The notes beneath the pieces were generated by a model. That model had not been told where the DNA came from. It did no database searches and saw only the letters and a program-made list of their open reading frames with translations. The position numbers and the translations under genes were made by a program. DNA of 64,000 nt. It comes from Bifidobacterium breve. Its GTDB lineage: Bacteria > Actinomycetota > Acidimicrobiia > Acidimicrobiales > Microtrichaceae. How positions within the stretch are numbered: position 1 is the stretch's first letter; every line of letters starts with the position of its first letter. Shown here one piece after another: positions 28,137-37,170 of this stretch. Location: assembly GCA_945901935.1 (NCBI GenBank), contig CAMDLX010000001.1, forward strand, positions 8,632 to 72,631, read 5' to 3'.

Positions 28137-29527
28137 GCTGCGGTTCCACCGATAGTGAGGCCACTCGCAACTCGAAGCGTGGGCACACCATCTCCGACAG
28201 GAACACCTTGGCCGTCTTTGCCACAGGTTCCGGGCCCACCCATCGCAAAATCGTTTCCAACTGCATCGATCGAGGTGAGCACACCTGGACCGTTGCCAAT
28301 GAGGTTGCCTTCGCGCAGCGGTTCAGTGATCCGACCATCCTCAATGAGGTAGGCCTCGGTCATGCCGAAGACAAAATCGCCCGTGGCGGTGTTGACCTGA
28401 CCGCCACCAAGATGCGAGATGTACACACCTGATTCAGTGTCAGAGAGAATTTGGTCAGGTGTTGAGGTACCTCCGAGAAGGTAGGTGTTCGTCATGCGCA
28501 CCATGGGCAAGTGCTGATAGCTCTGACGTCGGCCGTTACCTGAGGATGCGCGGCCCTCGGCTCGAGCTCGAAGGCCATCCCACATGTAATCGACCAGAAT
28601 GCCGTCTTGAATCAGCACGTTTCGTTGGGCCGGGCGGCCCTCGTCGTCGATGGCGAAGCATCCCCACTCGCCGCCCATAGTGCCGTCGTCAACCAACGTC
28701 ACGAGCGAAGAAGCAACTTGCTCCCCGAGCCTTCCGGCGAAGACCGAAGCCCCCTTACCGACTAGGTCAGCCTCTAGCCCATGACCGCAAGCTTCATGGA
28801 ACATGACTCCCCCGCCGCCCGGGCCGATCACCACAGTCATCTCACCCGAGGGTGCAGGCCGTGCAGCCAACTTGGTTATCGCTCGTTGTGCGGCAGTGCG
28901 AGCAAGATCCCCTACTTCATAGGTGTCAAACAACTCAAAGCCCACCGAGCGGCCGATGGACTCACGGCCAGTCTGCATGCCGGTATCTCCCGAGGCCACA
29001 GCCGAGATTGAGAACAGAGTTTTCACCTGCTCATCGGTGCCGAGTATGCCATCGGTGTTGGCCACCAAAATTCGGCGATGAGAATCTGCGTAGCGGGCCG
29101 AGACCTGCGTAATGGCTGCGCCTTCGGCCCTTGCCATTTCATTAGCCATCAAGAGCAGCTCGACCTTTTTGGCCTTTGGCACATCGCCCGGCATGATTCG
29201 CACCAGATTGGGTCGCGGCGCATTGACGCGATCAAGGTCAACAATGGTGGTCCCCGTTCCTGACCCGCGAGCGGCAGAAGCAGCAGTCTCGGCAGCAGCG
29301 ATCAAGCCGGCCTCAGACAAGTCCGAGGTGTGAGCAAAGCCCGTGGACTCGCCAACAACTACTCGGATTCCCGCCCCGCGGTCTCTACCCGAGGTGAGTT
29401 CCTCAATGCGACCATCGTCAAGTAGAGCCGAGGATGAGCGCTTTTCTTCGGCAAAAATCTCTGCGAAATCGGCGCCTCGAGAAGCAGCGGCCGCTAGCAC
29501 TCTCTGGATAGTTGACTCTTCGAGCAT
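28133..29527 (-). CDS. tldD: Metalloprotease TldD
   Basis: HEACGHGLEAD, DDEG, GNGRRQSY, RMTNT, TCGKDGQ. Confidence 0.93.
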   Translation of the reverse strand: MLEESTIQRVLAAAASRGADFAEIFAEEKRSSSALLDDGRIEELTSGRDRGAGIRVVVGESTGFAHTSDLSEAGLIAAAETAASAARGSGTGTTIVDLDRVNAPRPNLVRIMPGDVPKAKKVELLLMANEMARAEGAAITQVSARYADSHRRILVANTDGILGTDEQVKTLFSISAVASGDTGMQTGRESIGRSVGFELFDTYEVGDLARTAAQRAITKLAARPAPSGEMTVVIGPGGGGVMFHEACGHGLEADLVGKGASVFAGRLGEQVASSLVTLVDDGTMGGEWGCFAIDDEGRPAQRNVLIQDGILVDYMWDGLRARAEGRASSGNGRRQSYQHLPMVRMTNTYLLGGTSTPDQILSDTESGVYISHLGGGQVNTATGDFVFGMTEAYLIEDGRITEPLREGNLIGNGPGVLTSIDAVGNDFAMGGPGTCGKDGQGVPVGDGVPTLRVASGLTIGGTAA

Positions 29528-29617
29528 CGGTGGGTCCTCCTAGATTAAGGATCTGTAGAACAGGGCACGGCGAAGATGGATGTGCCTCGGCGCTACTAAG
29601 TGTTTACTGTATCGGTT

Positions 29618-29995
29618 GTGCCTGTACGTCCCGGCCTGTCGGCCTCTGTAGAACTCACTGTCTCTGAAAGCGATACTGCTATCGCTTTTCGCTCTGGGGA
29701 TGTGCCTGTTTTGGCGACTCCACGGATCATTGCTCTGCTCGAAGAAGCCGCTGTTCTTGCCGTGCATAGCGAACTTGAGCCTGGTTCTTCGACAGTGGGC
29801 GTTCGAGTTCAAATAGAACACATCTCACCAACGGCCGTAGGCGGACAGATCACGGCCGAAGCTCATCTAGAAAAAGTTGAGGGGCGGCGACTCATCTTTC
29901 ATGTCTCAGCCCGCGACGAGCGCGGTCTTATTGCTGCAGGCAAAGTCACGCGGGTTCTGATCAACATAGAACGGTTCTTAGAAAAAACGCGCTAG
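29618..29995 (+). CDS. FlK-like hot-dog thioesterase
   Basis: TAIAFRSGDVPVLATP...LLEEA...VG....EHISPT. Confidence 0.88.
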   Translation: MPVRPGLSASVELTVSESDTAIAFRSGDVPVLATPRIIALLEEAAVLAVHSELEPGSSTVGVRVQIEHISPTAVGGQITAEAHLEKVEGRRLIFHVSARDERGLIAAGKVTRVLINIERFLEKTR

Positions 29996-30037
29996 CTGCC
30001 AGCGCCGTTCCTCCACCGGACTGGCACGTCTGCCTGC

Positions 30038-30088
30038 AGACTCCTGAACTAGGCAGAGTCCTGAAGTAGGTAGAGTCCTGATCTATAT
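30038..30088. repeat. Three degenerate 17-bp tandem units ending at a start codon
   Basis: agactcctgaactaggc / agagtcctgaagtaggt / agagtcctgatctatat. Confidence 0.75.
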
Positions 30089-31130
30089 GGACGAGGTGGA
30101 GCGCGAGGAGGCACTGCTAGAAATAGATGGCACGCGCCTTGCCGAACAACTACCCCAGAACAATTGGCGAAGCGTCCTAGTTCGTTTCCTGATCAGCTTT
30201 GCTTTCCTCAGCCTGCTGTTCTGGCGCCTGCCTGATGTATCACTCGGAGACGTCATCCCAGAGATCACCAGTGCTGCGGTGATTTGGGTACTCGTCGCAG
30301 TTGTGGTGCACATCATCGCCTACGTGCTGCAAACCGTCCGCTGGTCCACTGTCTCCACCACGCTCGGGATCGGCCTGCCATTCAGACGGATGTTCTCACA
30401 TCTGCTCGCTGGCGAATTCGTCTCGAATGCGCTTCCAACATCTTTTGGCGGCGACGTGGTTCGAGTCAGGCGTCAAGGCCAAGACACTGGAGACTTTGCA
30501 GACGCTTTCGCAGCCACGGCGCTTGAACGACTGACGGGGTGGCTAGTGCTCCCCTTTCTCTCTACAGCGGCCATGCTGATTCACCCGGAGTTTTTGCAGC
30601 TGGGAACAGCTTCCGTCGTGGCCGTCGCAATCAACATTTCAACAGTGGCCGCGCTCATTGGGATTCTTTGGGCAGCAGGCCATAAGCGGGGTGCGGGGCG
30701 GTTGATCGGACGGAGCGGTTGGCAACGCTATCTAGCGGCGGTCCATCTAGGGGTCCTTGCCTTCAAACACCAACGGGTCAGAATTTTTGAAGTGCTGATC
30801 GCAGGACTGGGGTTTCAGTTTCTGCAGTGCGTATCGGTCTATGCCGCAGGGAGGGCACTCAACATTGATCAGGTGACCCTGTTGGCAGCGCTTGCGTTCT
30901 TCCCACCGACAGCTATTGCGCAAAATCTACCCTTCGCACTTGGCGGACTAGGGGTACGGGAAGCCGTATTTGTACTCTTCTTTGGTGCACTCGGAGTGCC
31001 TGATGCCGAAGCGATTGCCCTGGGGCTGCTGGTGTACCTGATCTTCGTTGCAGCTAGTTTGGCCGGTGCGCCGAGCTTTGCATTTGGCAGAGCCCGAACC
31101 AAGCGAACCGACCTTGTCGGGGAGACATGA
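30087..31130 (+). CDS. Lysylphosphatidylglycerol synthase TM-domain (flippase-like) protein
   Basis: RW, NALPTSFGGDVVR, LERLTG, GGLGVRE; multi-TM. Confidence 0.85.
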   Translation: MDEVEREEALLEIDGTRLAEQLPQNNWRSVLVRFLISFAFLSLLFWRLPDVSLGDVIPEITSAAVIWVLVAVVVHIIAYVLQTVRWSTVSTTLGIGLPFRRMFSHLLAGEFVSNALPTSFGGDVVRVRRQGQDTGDFADAFAATALERLTGWLVLPFLSTAAMLIHPEFLQLGTASVVAVAINISTVAALIGILWAAGHKRGAGRLIGRSGWQRYLAAVHLGVLAFKHQRVRIFEVLIAGLGFQFLQCVSVYAAGRALNIDQVTLLAALAFFPPTAIAQNLPFALGGLGVREAVFVLFFGALGVPDAEAIALGLLVYLIFVAASLAGAPSFAFGRARTKRTDLVGET

Positions 31131-31166
31131 CGTGCATCCGTTTCGGCAGTAAGTTGTCTATAAGCC

Positions 31167-33047
31167 ATGGAAAATACCTCTTCACATTTGCTGGACTCGA
31201 TTCATGGACCGGCGGACCTCACAGTTCTAGACGGGCAACAACTTGAGTTGCTCGCCGCAGAGATCCGCGAGTTCATTGTTGATCGCGTCAACACCCACGG
31301 CGGCCACCTTGGTTCCAACCTTGGTGCCGTAGAAATCACACTCGCGCTGCATCGCGTTTTTCGCTCGCCACATGACATCCTGCTGTGGGATACCGGCCAT
31401 CAGGCCTACGTTCACAAAATGCTGACTGGCAGATGCGAAGATTTTGACACCCTGCGCCAAGAAGGTGGGCTATCGGGTTACCCGAGCCGCTCAGAATCGG
31501 ACCACGACTGGGTTGAAAACAGCCATGCATCCACAGTGGTGTCCTACGCCCACGGCCTAGCAACTGCGCTGCACCTCAATGGCGAGAAGGACCGTCAGGT
31601 CATCGGAGTTCTCGGAGATGGTGCCCTTACGGGCGGAATGGCCTACGAGGGGCTCAATAACCTGGGTCATTCGGGACGTAAAGCCATCATCATCTTGAAC
31701 GACAACGGTCGTTCCTACGCTCCAACAGCATCGAGTCTGAGCGAAAGCTTGGCCAAGCTGCGCTCCTCGACCACCTACCGCAAGAACAGCGCTCGAGTGG
31801 AACGACTTATCGCCGATCTGCCGCTCGGCGCCTACCTAGAAAAAGGCGTAGACGGAGCCAAGGCTGCGATTCGAGAGATGTTCGAACCGCCGGCATTTTT
31901 TGAGCAGCTCGGGGTCAAATACCTCGGCCCCTACGATGGCCACGACCTAGCGACTCTTGAAGAGGCATTCAGGAACGCCTCAAAGATCGACGGGCCAGTA
32001 GTGGTGCATTGTTTGACCCAAAAGGGTCGAGGCTACGCACCTGCAGAGAACGATCCGATCAAGAACATGCACGATCTGTCGGAACTGAAAAATGGTTCGT
32101 ATACAGCTGCATTTTCGGATGCCATCTTGGTCGAGGGTGCCAACCACCCAGAACTCGTAGCGATTACTGCTGCAATGCCCGACTCCACTGGACTCCTTCC
32201 GTTTGGTGAAGCGTTCCCGGACCGCATGTTTGACGTCGGGATAGCTGAACAACATGCAGTGACCTCGGCAGCGGGCATGGCAATGGGTGGGTTAAGGCCA
32301 GTGGTGGCCCTGTATGCCACCTTCCTGACGCGGGCTATTGACCAAGTCAACCTTGACGTTGGGATGCACAACCAGCCAGTGGTGTTTGTACTGGATCGAG
32401 CGGGAATCACCGGAGACGACGGCCCCTCGCACCATGGCGTGCTGGACATGGTCTTGTTGTCAAAGGTGCCCGACTGCACAATCTTTGCTCCCTCGAATTA
32501 CGCCGAGGTAGCGCAGATGCTTCACGATGCGCTTGAGCTCTGCACCGAGGGACCCTCGGCCATTCGCTACTCAAAGACCATGCCGCCCGAGGGCCAAACC
32601 ACCACAGGCTCCGGACTTTCGGCTCGCCAGGTACGGGCTGGCCAAGACGTGTGCCTCATTGGCGTAGGCAAGATGTTGGCAGCAGCGCAAGAAGCCGCTA
32701 CACGCCTTGAACAACAGGGAATTAGTGCAACCGTCTGGGACCCTCGCGTCGTCAAGCCGCTTGACCCCGAGATGCTTGAAGATGCCGCTGGTCATCGTTT
32801 AGTGATCACGATTGAAGACGGCCTACGTGATGGTGGAATCGGCGCATCAGTGGCCGACTCGCTGTCCCAACTCGCACCCACCGATGGCCCTTCGGTCAGA
32901 GTGCTCGGCGTGCCGACAGTGCACCTGCCACAAGGTAAGCCCGACACCATTCTGGCCAAGCTTGGCCTTGATGCGGATGGCATTGTGGATGAAGTCCTTG
33001 CCTGGAGTCGCTCTGCGGCGGGACAATCCCGCTCGGCTGATTCCTAG
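31167..33047 (+). CDS. dxs: 1-deoxy-D-xylulose-5-phosphate synthase
   Basis: GGHLGSNLGAVE, WDTGHQAYVHK, GDGALTGG, DVGIAEQHAV, DRAG..GDDGPSH. Confidence 0.98.
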   Translation: MENTSSHLLDSIHGPADLTVLDGQQLELLAAEIREFIVDRVNTHGGHLGSNLGAVEITLALHRVFRSPHDILLWDTGHQAYVHKMLTGRCEDFDTLRQEGGLSGYPSRSESDHDWVENSHASTVVSYAHGLATALHLNGEKDRQVIGVLGDGALTGGMAYEGLNNLGHSGRKAIIILNDNGRSYAPTASSLSESLAKLRSSTTYRKNSARVERLIADLPLGAYLEKGVDGAKAAIREMFEPPAFFEQLGVKYLGPYDGHDLATLEEAFRNASKIDGPVVVHCLTQKGRGYAPAENDPIKNMHDLSELKNGSYTAAFSDAILVEGANHPELVAITAAMPDSTGLLPFGEAFPDRMFDVGIAEQHAVTSAAGMAMGGLRPVVALYATFLTRAIDQVNLDVGMHNQPVVFVLDRAGITGDDGPSHHGVLDMVLLSKVPDCTIFAPSNYAEVAQMLHDALELCTEGPSAIRYSKTMPPEGQTTTGSGLSARQVRAGQDVCLIGVGKMLAAAQEAATRLEQQGISATVWDPRVVKPLDPEMLEDAAGHRLVITIEDGLRDGGIGASVADSLSQLAPTDGPSVRVLGVPTVHLPQGKPDTILAKLGLDADGIVDEVLAWSRSAAGQSRSADS

Positions 33048-33084
33048 CGCTAGTTGATTCCTGTAGCTAACTGATACCTAGCTA
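33037..33084. repeat. Three degenerate 17-bp units spanning the convergent dxs/nfuA stops
   Basis: tgattcct at 33038, tgattcct at 33055, tgatacct at 33072. Confidence 0.7.
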
Positions 33085-33755
33085 TAGAAGGGGTTTTCTC
33101 CAGAGGCGTGATCTGTCGCGTCGATCACTTCTGCGACCTCGGGGATGTTGTCTCGAATGCTCTGCTGAATGCCCTGAGTCAGGGTTGCGGCGCTAGCAGA
33201 ACAGCCTTGGCATCCTCCGCCCATTGTCAGGTAGACGTTGTTCTTCTCGTCGACACCAACCAGCGTGGCAAACCCGCCGTGCGCTGCGAGCATCGGGTTG
33301 ATGCTCGCTTCTAGGAGCTGCGTGACCTTGTCTGCCACATCGCCAGTCAATTCAATATTTAGATTTGCCAAAGGATCGGCGCGATTGGGGTTGCGGATCA
33401 CCAAGCCACCTTGGCCTGCGGACTTCGGCAGGTCGAGCTCTGCTCCCCGAAGGAGTTCCACCGAATCAGTTGGAATTACGACGGTCAGGTCCTCAACGGT
33501 GTAGCGAACATGGTCCTCATCGACTGCGTCGATCTCCTCAAAAGACAGGTCATAGGTGTATTCCACACCCTTGGTTCCAGTGATCGCTACACGAAGAGCC
33601 AGGGCCGAAGGGTCAGGTTCGGCAGCGCGAATATCTCGAACAGTGGCAAGAGCCTCAGAACTGACCTTCATGACGACGTCACCGGTACTGACAGAATCGG
33701 AAATCTCAGACTCTTCGGGGGCAAAGGGACTCGTTGGGGGCGTATCGAGGCTCAT
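33078..33755 (-). CDS. nfuA: NfuA-like Fe-S biogenesis protein (degenerate A-type carrier + NifU domain)
   Basis: INPMLAAHGG...MGGGCQGC; N-terminal IscA-like domain without Cys; start set at ATG 33755. Confidence 0.85.
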   Translation of the reverse strand: MSLDTPPTSPFAPEESEISDSVSTGDVVMKVSSEALATVRDIRAAEPDPSALALRVAITGTKGVEYTYDLSFEEIDAVDEDHVRYTVEDLTVVIPTDSVELLRGAELDLPKSAGQGGLVIRNPNRADPLANLNIELTGDVADKVTQLLEASINPMLAAHGGFATLVGVDEKNNVYLTMGGGCQGCSASAATLTQGIQQSIRDNIPEVAEVIDATDHASGENPFYS

Positions 33756-33819
33756 AAAGAGCCAGTTTACTCGGAATTCTTGTGCTTTATTCGTTCGCCC
33801 CACAGGTAGGGTGTCCGTC

Positions 33820-34713
33820 ATGGGAACCTTCTCGCGTTCGTTAGCCCTAACAAAAGCCTCTTGGGAGGTCCTGCGAGAGGACAAGGAGTTGATTGCCCTT
33901 CCGGCAATCTCCGCAGTTGCATCACTGATTTTCGTCACCCCATTTTTTGCCATCGCAGCGCTCTCGCTCAGCACCAGTGACGGAACCGCTACCTCTTCAA
34001 GTTCCACAACTTCTGGTGCGACGACTCTGGCGCTTCCCGGCTATATCGCTTTGTTCCTTGCCTATCTGATCGTGGCCTACATCACGATCTTCTTTCAGAG
34101 CGCTCTGATTCTGGCGGCGAATGAGCGCATGACTGGCGGAAATCCAACGCTTAAATCCTCTTTGCAGGGTGCTTGGAAAAATGCGGGGCACATCCTGCCT
34201 TGGGCAATCATCAGCGCCACCGTTTCGATTGTGCTCCAAGCAATTCAGCAGCGAGCTGGGTTCATCGGCAAGATCGTGGTCGGCCTAGTTGGCGTGGCTT
34301 GGACGCTTGTCACGATGCTCGTCCTGCCCATCTTGGTGATCGAGGGAGTCGGCGTGAAAGAGGCCTTGACCCGCTCAGGAGCAGCGTTCAAGCGCACTTG
34401 GGGCGAGAACGTCGTCGGGAATGGAGCCATCGGCTTGATCTCGTTCCTAGCGATGCTTGCGGGCATCCTGGTGTGCGGCGGCATCATTTTTATTGGCACG
34501 TCAATGGGATTCTGGCCAGTCGGACTGCTCGGGGGGATCTTGCTGGTGATCTGGATTCTCTTGGTGAGCGTGTTCTCCACTGCACTCTCGGGGGTCTTCC
34601 GCACTGCGCTCTACCGATATGCCATGTTTGGTGAGTCATCCTCGGGCTTTAGCCAAGACCTGATCGAGCATGCATTCAAGCCAAAGAAACCCGGTACGAG
34701 CGGCGCAATCTAA
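33820..34713 (+). CDS. DUF6159-like membrane protein
   Basis: MGTFSRSLALTKASWEVLREDKEL...WAIISATV...FKRTWGE; start ATG 33820. Confidence 0.75.
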   Translation: MGTFSRSLALTKASWEVLREDKELIALPAISAVASLIFVTPFFAIAALSLSTSDGTATSSSSTTSGATTLALPGYIALFLAYLIVAYITIFFQSALILAANERMTGGNPTLKSSLQGAWKNAGHILPWAIISATVSIVLQAIQQRAGFIGKIVVGLVGVAWTLVTMLVLPILVIEGVGVKEALTRSGAAFKRTWGENVVGNGAIGLISFLAMLAGILVCGGIIFIGTSMGFWPVGLLGGILLVIWILLVSVFSTALSGVFRTALYRYAMFGESSSGFSQDLIEHAFKPKKPGTSGAI

Positions 34714-34828
34714 CCGCAGGCCCTGACCCAACCCGGACGTTTATGGTCGACTATCGACCAAAATCATCCGAGTTGAACCTCGGGAAGCGAATCCCGCAGC
34801 CTCAACCGCAGGCCCGGCGGCAGATCGA

Positions 34829-36685
34829 TCAGGTCTTGAGGCCGAGGTCTTCAGCCTCGCCAGCGAGTTCAAGCCAGGCCTCTTCCTTGCTTGCCACGAC
34901 TTGCTCTGCAGACTCAAGCTCGGTCCCTAGTGAGGCCAATGCCACATGATCACCGCTCTCAGCAGCGGCAACGAGTTGATCGTTCAGCACCGCAGCCCGC
35001 TTCTGTGCCGCTGCAAGCGCTTTTTCTGCCTTAGTGAGTTGATGGCGAACCGTAGAGGCGCTCCGCTGCGGCTTGGTTGCTGAAACTCCCGCTCCAGAAC
35101 TCCCCCCAGCACTCCCCCTGGAACCCGCTGCAGAATCTGCACTTTGTGATGCTCCCGTTGCAGAACCAGTTGCAGAACCAGTTGAAGCACCAGTGGCCGA
35201 AAGGCGCCGGCCCGAGCCTCGTGCCGCTCGACGCTCATCCTCATAAGCCGCATATCCACCAGGGCGACGAGAAGCTGTCCCTGCGCCATCAAGCACAATC
35301 ACATCGGCCACGGTGCGTTCCAAGAATGCACGATCGTGGCTGACCACTACTAGGGCACCCGGCCACTCCTCAAGAAAGTCCTCGAGCTGACGCAGGGTGT
35401 CAAGATCTAGATCGTTGGTCGGCTCATCGAGTAGCAGCACATTTGGGCGCTCAGCGAGTGTCAGCAATAGCTGCAGACGCCGGCGCTCCCCACCGGAGAG
35501 CAAGCCAATTGGCGCCCACTGTGCGTCACCGTCAAACCAGAAGGCCTCCATGAGAGCCGTGTCACTCCAGTCAGCCTCACCGTGGCCGCCAGTTACGGCA
35601 TCACGAACGCGCTGCTTCGGATCGAGTTCGCGACCCTTCTGGTCGTAGTAGCCAATTCGCACAGTCGAACCCACATCGACCGAGCCTGTCCGGGGCTTCA
35701 ATCTTCCTGAGATGATGTCGAGGAGCGTAGATTTTCCGGTTCCGTTTGGTCCAACGATTCCCAACCGCTCGCGATTATCTAGCAGTAGTTCAACATTGTT
35801 AAACAGGTCCTCTCCAGAGTCATAACCATGCGAGACCTGATGAAGCTCAATCACCCGGTCCCCCAAGCGAGGAACGCCAGTATGAAGTGGAAGCTCACCG
35901 CTTCGGGCCGCTGCCTCGGCACGCCCAGTCACGATTGCGGTAGCTGACTCAATTCGAGCTTTTGGTTTTGAGGTTCGTGCCGGCGCACCGCGGCGCAACC
36001 AAGCAAGTTCAGTGCGAGCAAGATTCTTACGAGTCTGTTCAGCCTTTGCAGCATGTTCCTCTCGCTGAGCCCGGCCCTCGAGATAGGCGCCGTATCCGCC
36101 CTCGTGGGTGTAGCCCTTTCCGCGATCGAGTTCCAAGACGCGAGTGGTGATCCGATCCAAAAAATGGCGATCGTGCGTAACCAGAACTAGGCCGCCACGG
36201 TGCGCTGCGAGGCGATCCTCGAGCCAAGCAATCGCGTCAATGTCTAGATGGTTTGTTGGCTCATCCAGAATCAACAGATCAGTCTCGGTGACGAGCGCAC
36301 GAGCCAATGCCACACGCTTGGCCTGTCCGCCCGACAAGCTGCTCACGTCCTGATCCATCAGCGGACCAAGCCCTAGGCGGTCAGCTACCGCCGTTGCTTC
36401 CCACTCTGCTTCTTCGAATCCAGCAATCACTGCTTGGCGCACTGTGCCAGCGGGAAGCTGCGGATCTTGAGCCAGCACATCAATGCGTACGCCCTTCCCG
36501 CGACGCACCGACCCAGACTCAGGCTCACCCGTGCCAGCAATAATGCCGAGCAGCGTGGACTTTCCGCAGCCATTCAGGCCGACTACCCCGAGTCGGTCCG
36601 AATCAGAGATCGTAAACGAGACATCCGCGAACAGCGGCCGGCCGGGGCGACTCGCCGATACGGCGTCAACATCAAGGAGGATCAC
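34829..36685 (-). CDS. ABC-F family ATPase (Uup-like)
   Basis: Two NBDs (GLNGCGKST, GPNGTGKST), LSGG, LDEPTN twice, WLRRGAPARTSK linker, C-terminal coiled coil. Confidence 0.93.
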   Translation of the reverse strand: MILLDVDAVSASRPGRPLFADVSFTISDSDRLGVVGLNGCGKSTLLGIIAGTGEPESGSVRRGKGVRIDVLAQDPQLPAGTVRQAVIAGFEEAEWEATAVADRLGLGPLMDQDVSSLSGGQAKRVALARALVTETDLLILDEPTNHLDIDAIAWLEDRLAAHRGGLVLVTHDRHFLDRITTRVLELDRGKGYTHEGGYGAYLEGRAQREEHAAKAEQTRKNLARTELAWLRRGAPARTSKPKARIESATAIVTGRAEAAARSGELPLHTGVPRLGDRVIELHQVSHGYDSGEDLFNNVELLLDNRERLGIVGPNGTGKSTLLDIISGRLKPRTGSVDVGSTVRIGYYDQKGRELDPKQRVRDAVTGGHGEADWSDTALMEAFWFDGDAQWAPIGLLSGGERRRLQLLLTLAERPNVLLLDEPTNDLDLDTLRQLEDFLEEWPGALVVVSHDRAFLERTVADVIVLDGAGTASRRPGGYAAYEDERRAARGSGRRLSATGASTGSATGSATGASQSADSAAGSRGSAGGSSGAGVSATKPQRSASTVRHQLTKAEKALAAAQKRAAVLNDQLVAAAESGDHVALASLGTELESAEQVVASKEEAWLELAGEAEDLGLKT

Positions 36686-36731
36686 TGCGCAAAGCTACGG
36701 CGCAACGGCCCTGCGCGCCGAACTGGAAATA

Positions 36732-37094
36732 TTAAACAGCGCCCGGCGGAGGCGGCGGAGCAACACCGCCCGGCGGAGGCGGCGGAGCCTGTGTCTGCGC
36801 TGCAGCGCCTGGCGGGGGAGGCACTGATGGCGGCGGCGGCGCAACAGAAGACATCGCTAGATTGATCGCACCCTGACTCTCAGCGGCATGAATTGCTGCA
36901 AGGCAGCGCTCACGCTGTTCCTTCGCATCTGCCGGTGACCGCCCAGACTCCTGCAAGTACGCCAGTACACCAAGATCTCGAAGATAAGGATCGGCCTGCT
37001 TGGCTCCCTGTGATGAGGTCGCAGTGTTCACCGCCTCGTCAACTTTGGCTGCAGCTTGATCAGCTAAGGCTTTGGCCTTGTCGAGAAATCCCAT
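36732..37094 (-). CDS. Hypothetical protein with Pro-rich tail
   Basis: MGFLDKAK N-terminus; RDLG helix; poly-Pro C-terminus. Confidence 0.7.
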   Translation of the reverse strand: MGFLDKAKALADQAAAKVDEAVNTATSSQGAKQADPYLRDLGVLAYLQESGRSPADAKEQRERCLAAIHAAESQGAINLAMSSVAPPPPSVPPPPGAAAQTQAPPPPPGGVAPPPPPGAV

Positions 37095-37170
37095 TCGAGC
37101 TCCAGTCTGCCAATTCTTCAGGGCACAAAAAGCCTAGATCAGGAAGGCTAGCCGTCGCCCAAAATGCTGG

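Noticed and set aside
33756-34007. Long overlap between ORFs 33078-34007 and 33556-34713
   Set aside because: Artefact of longest-ORF starts; likely starts at 33755 and 33820 give ordinary divergent genes.
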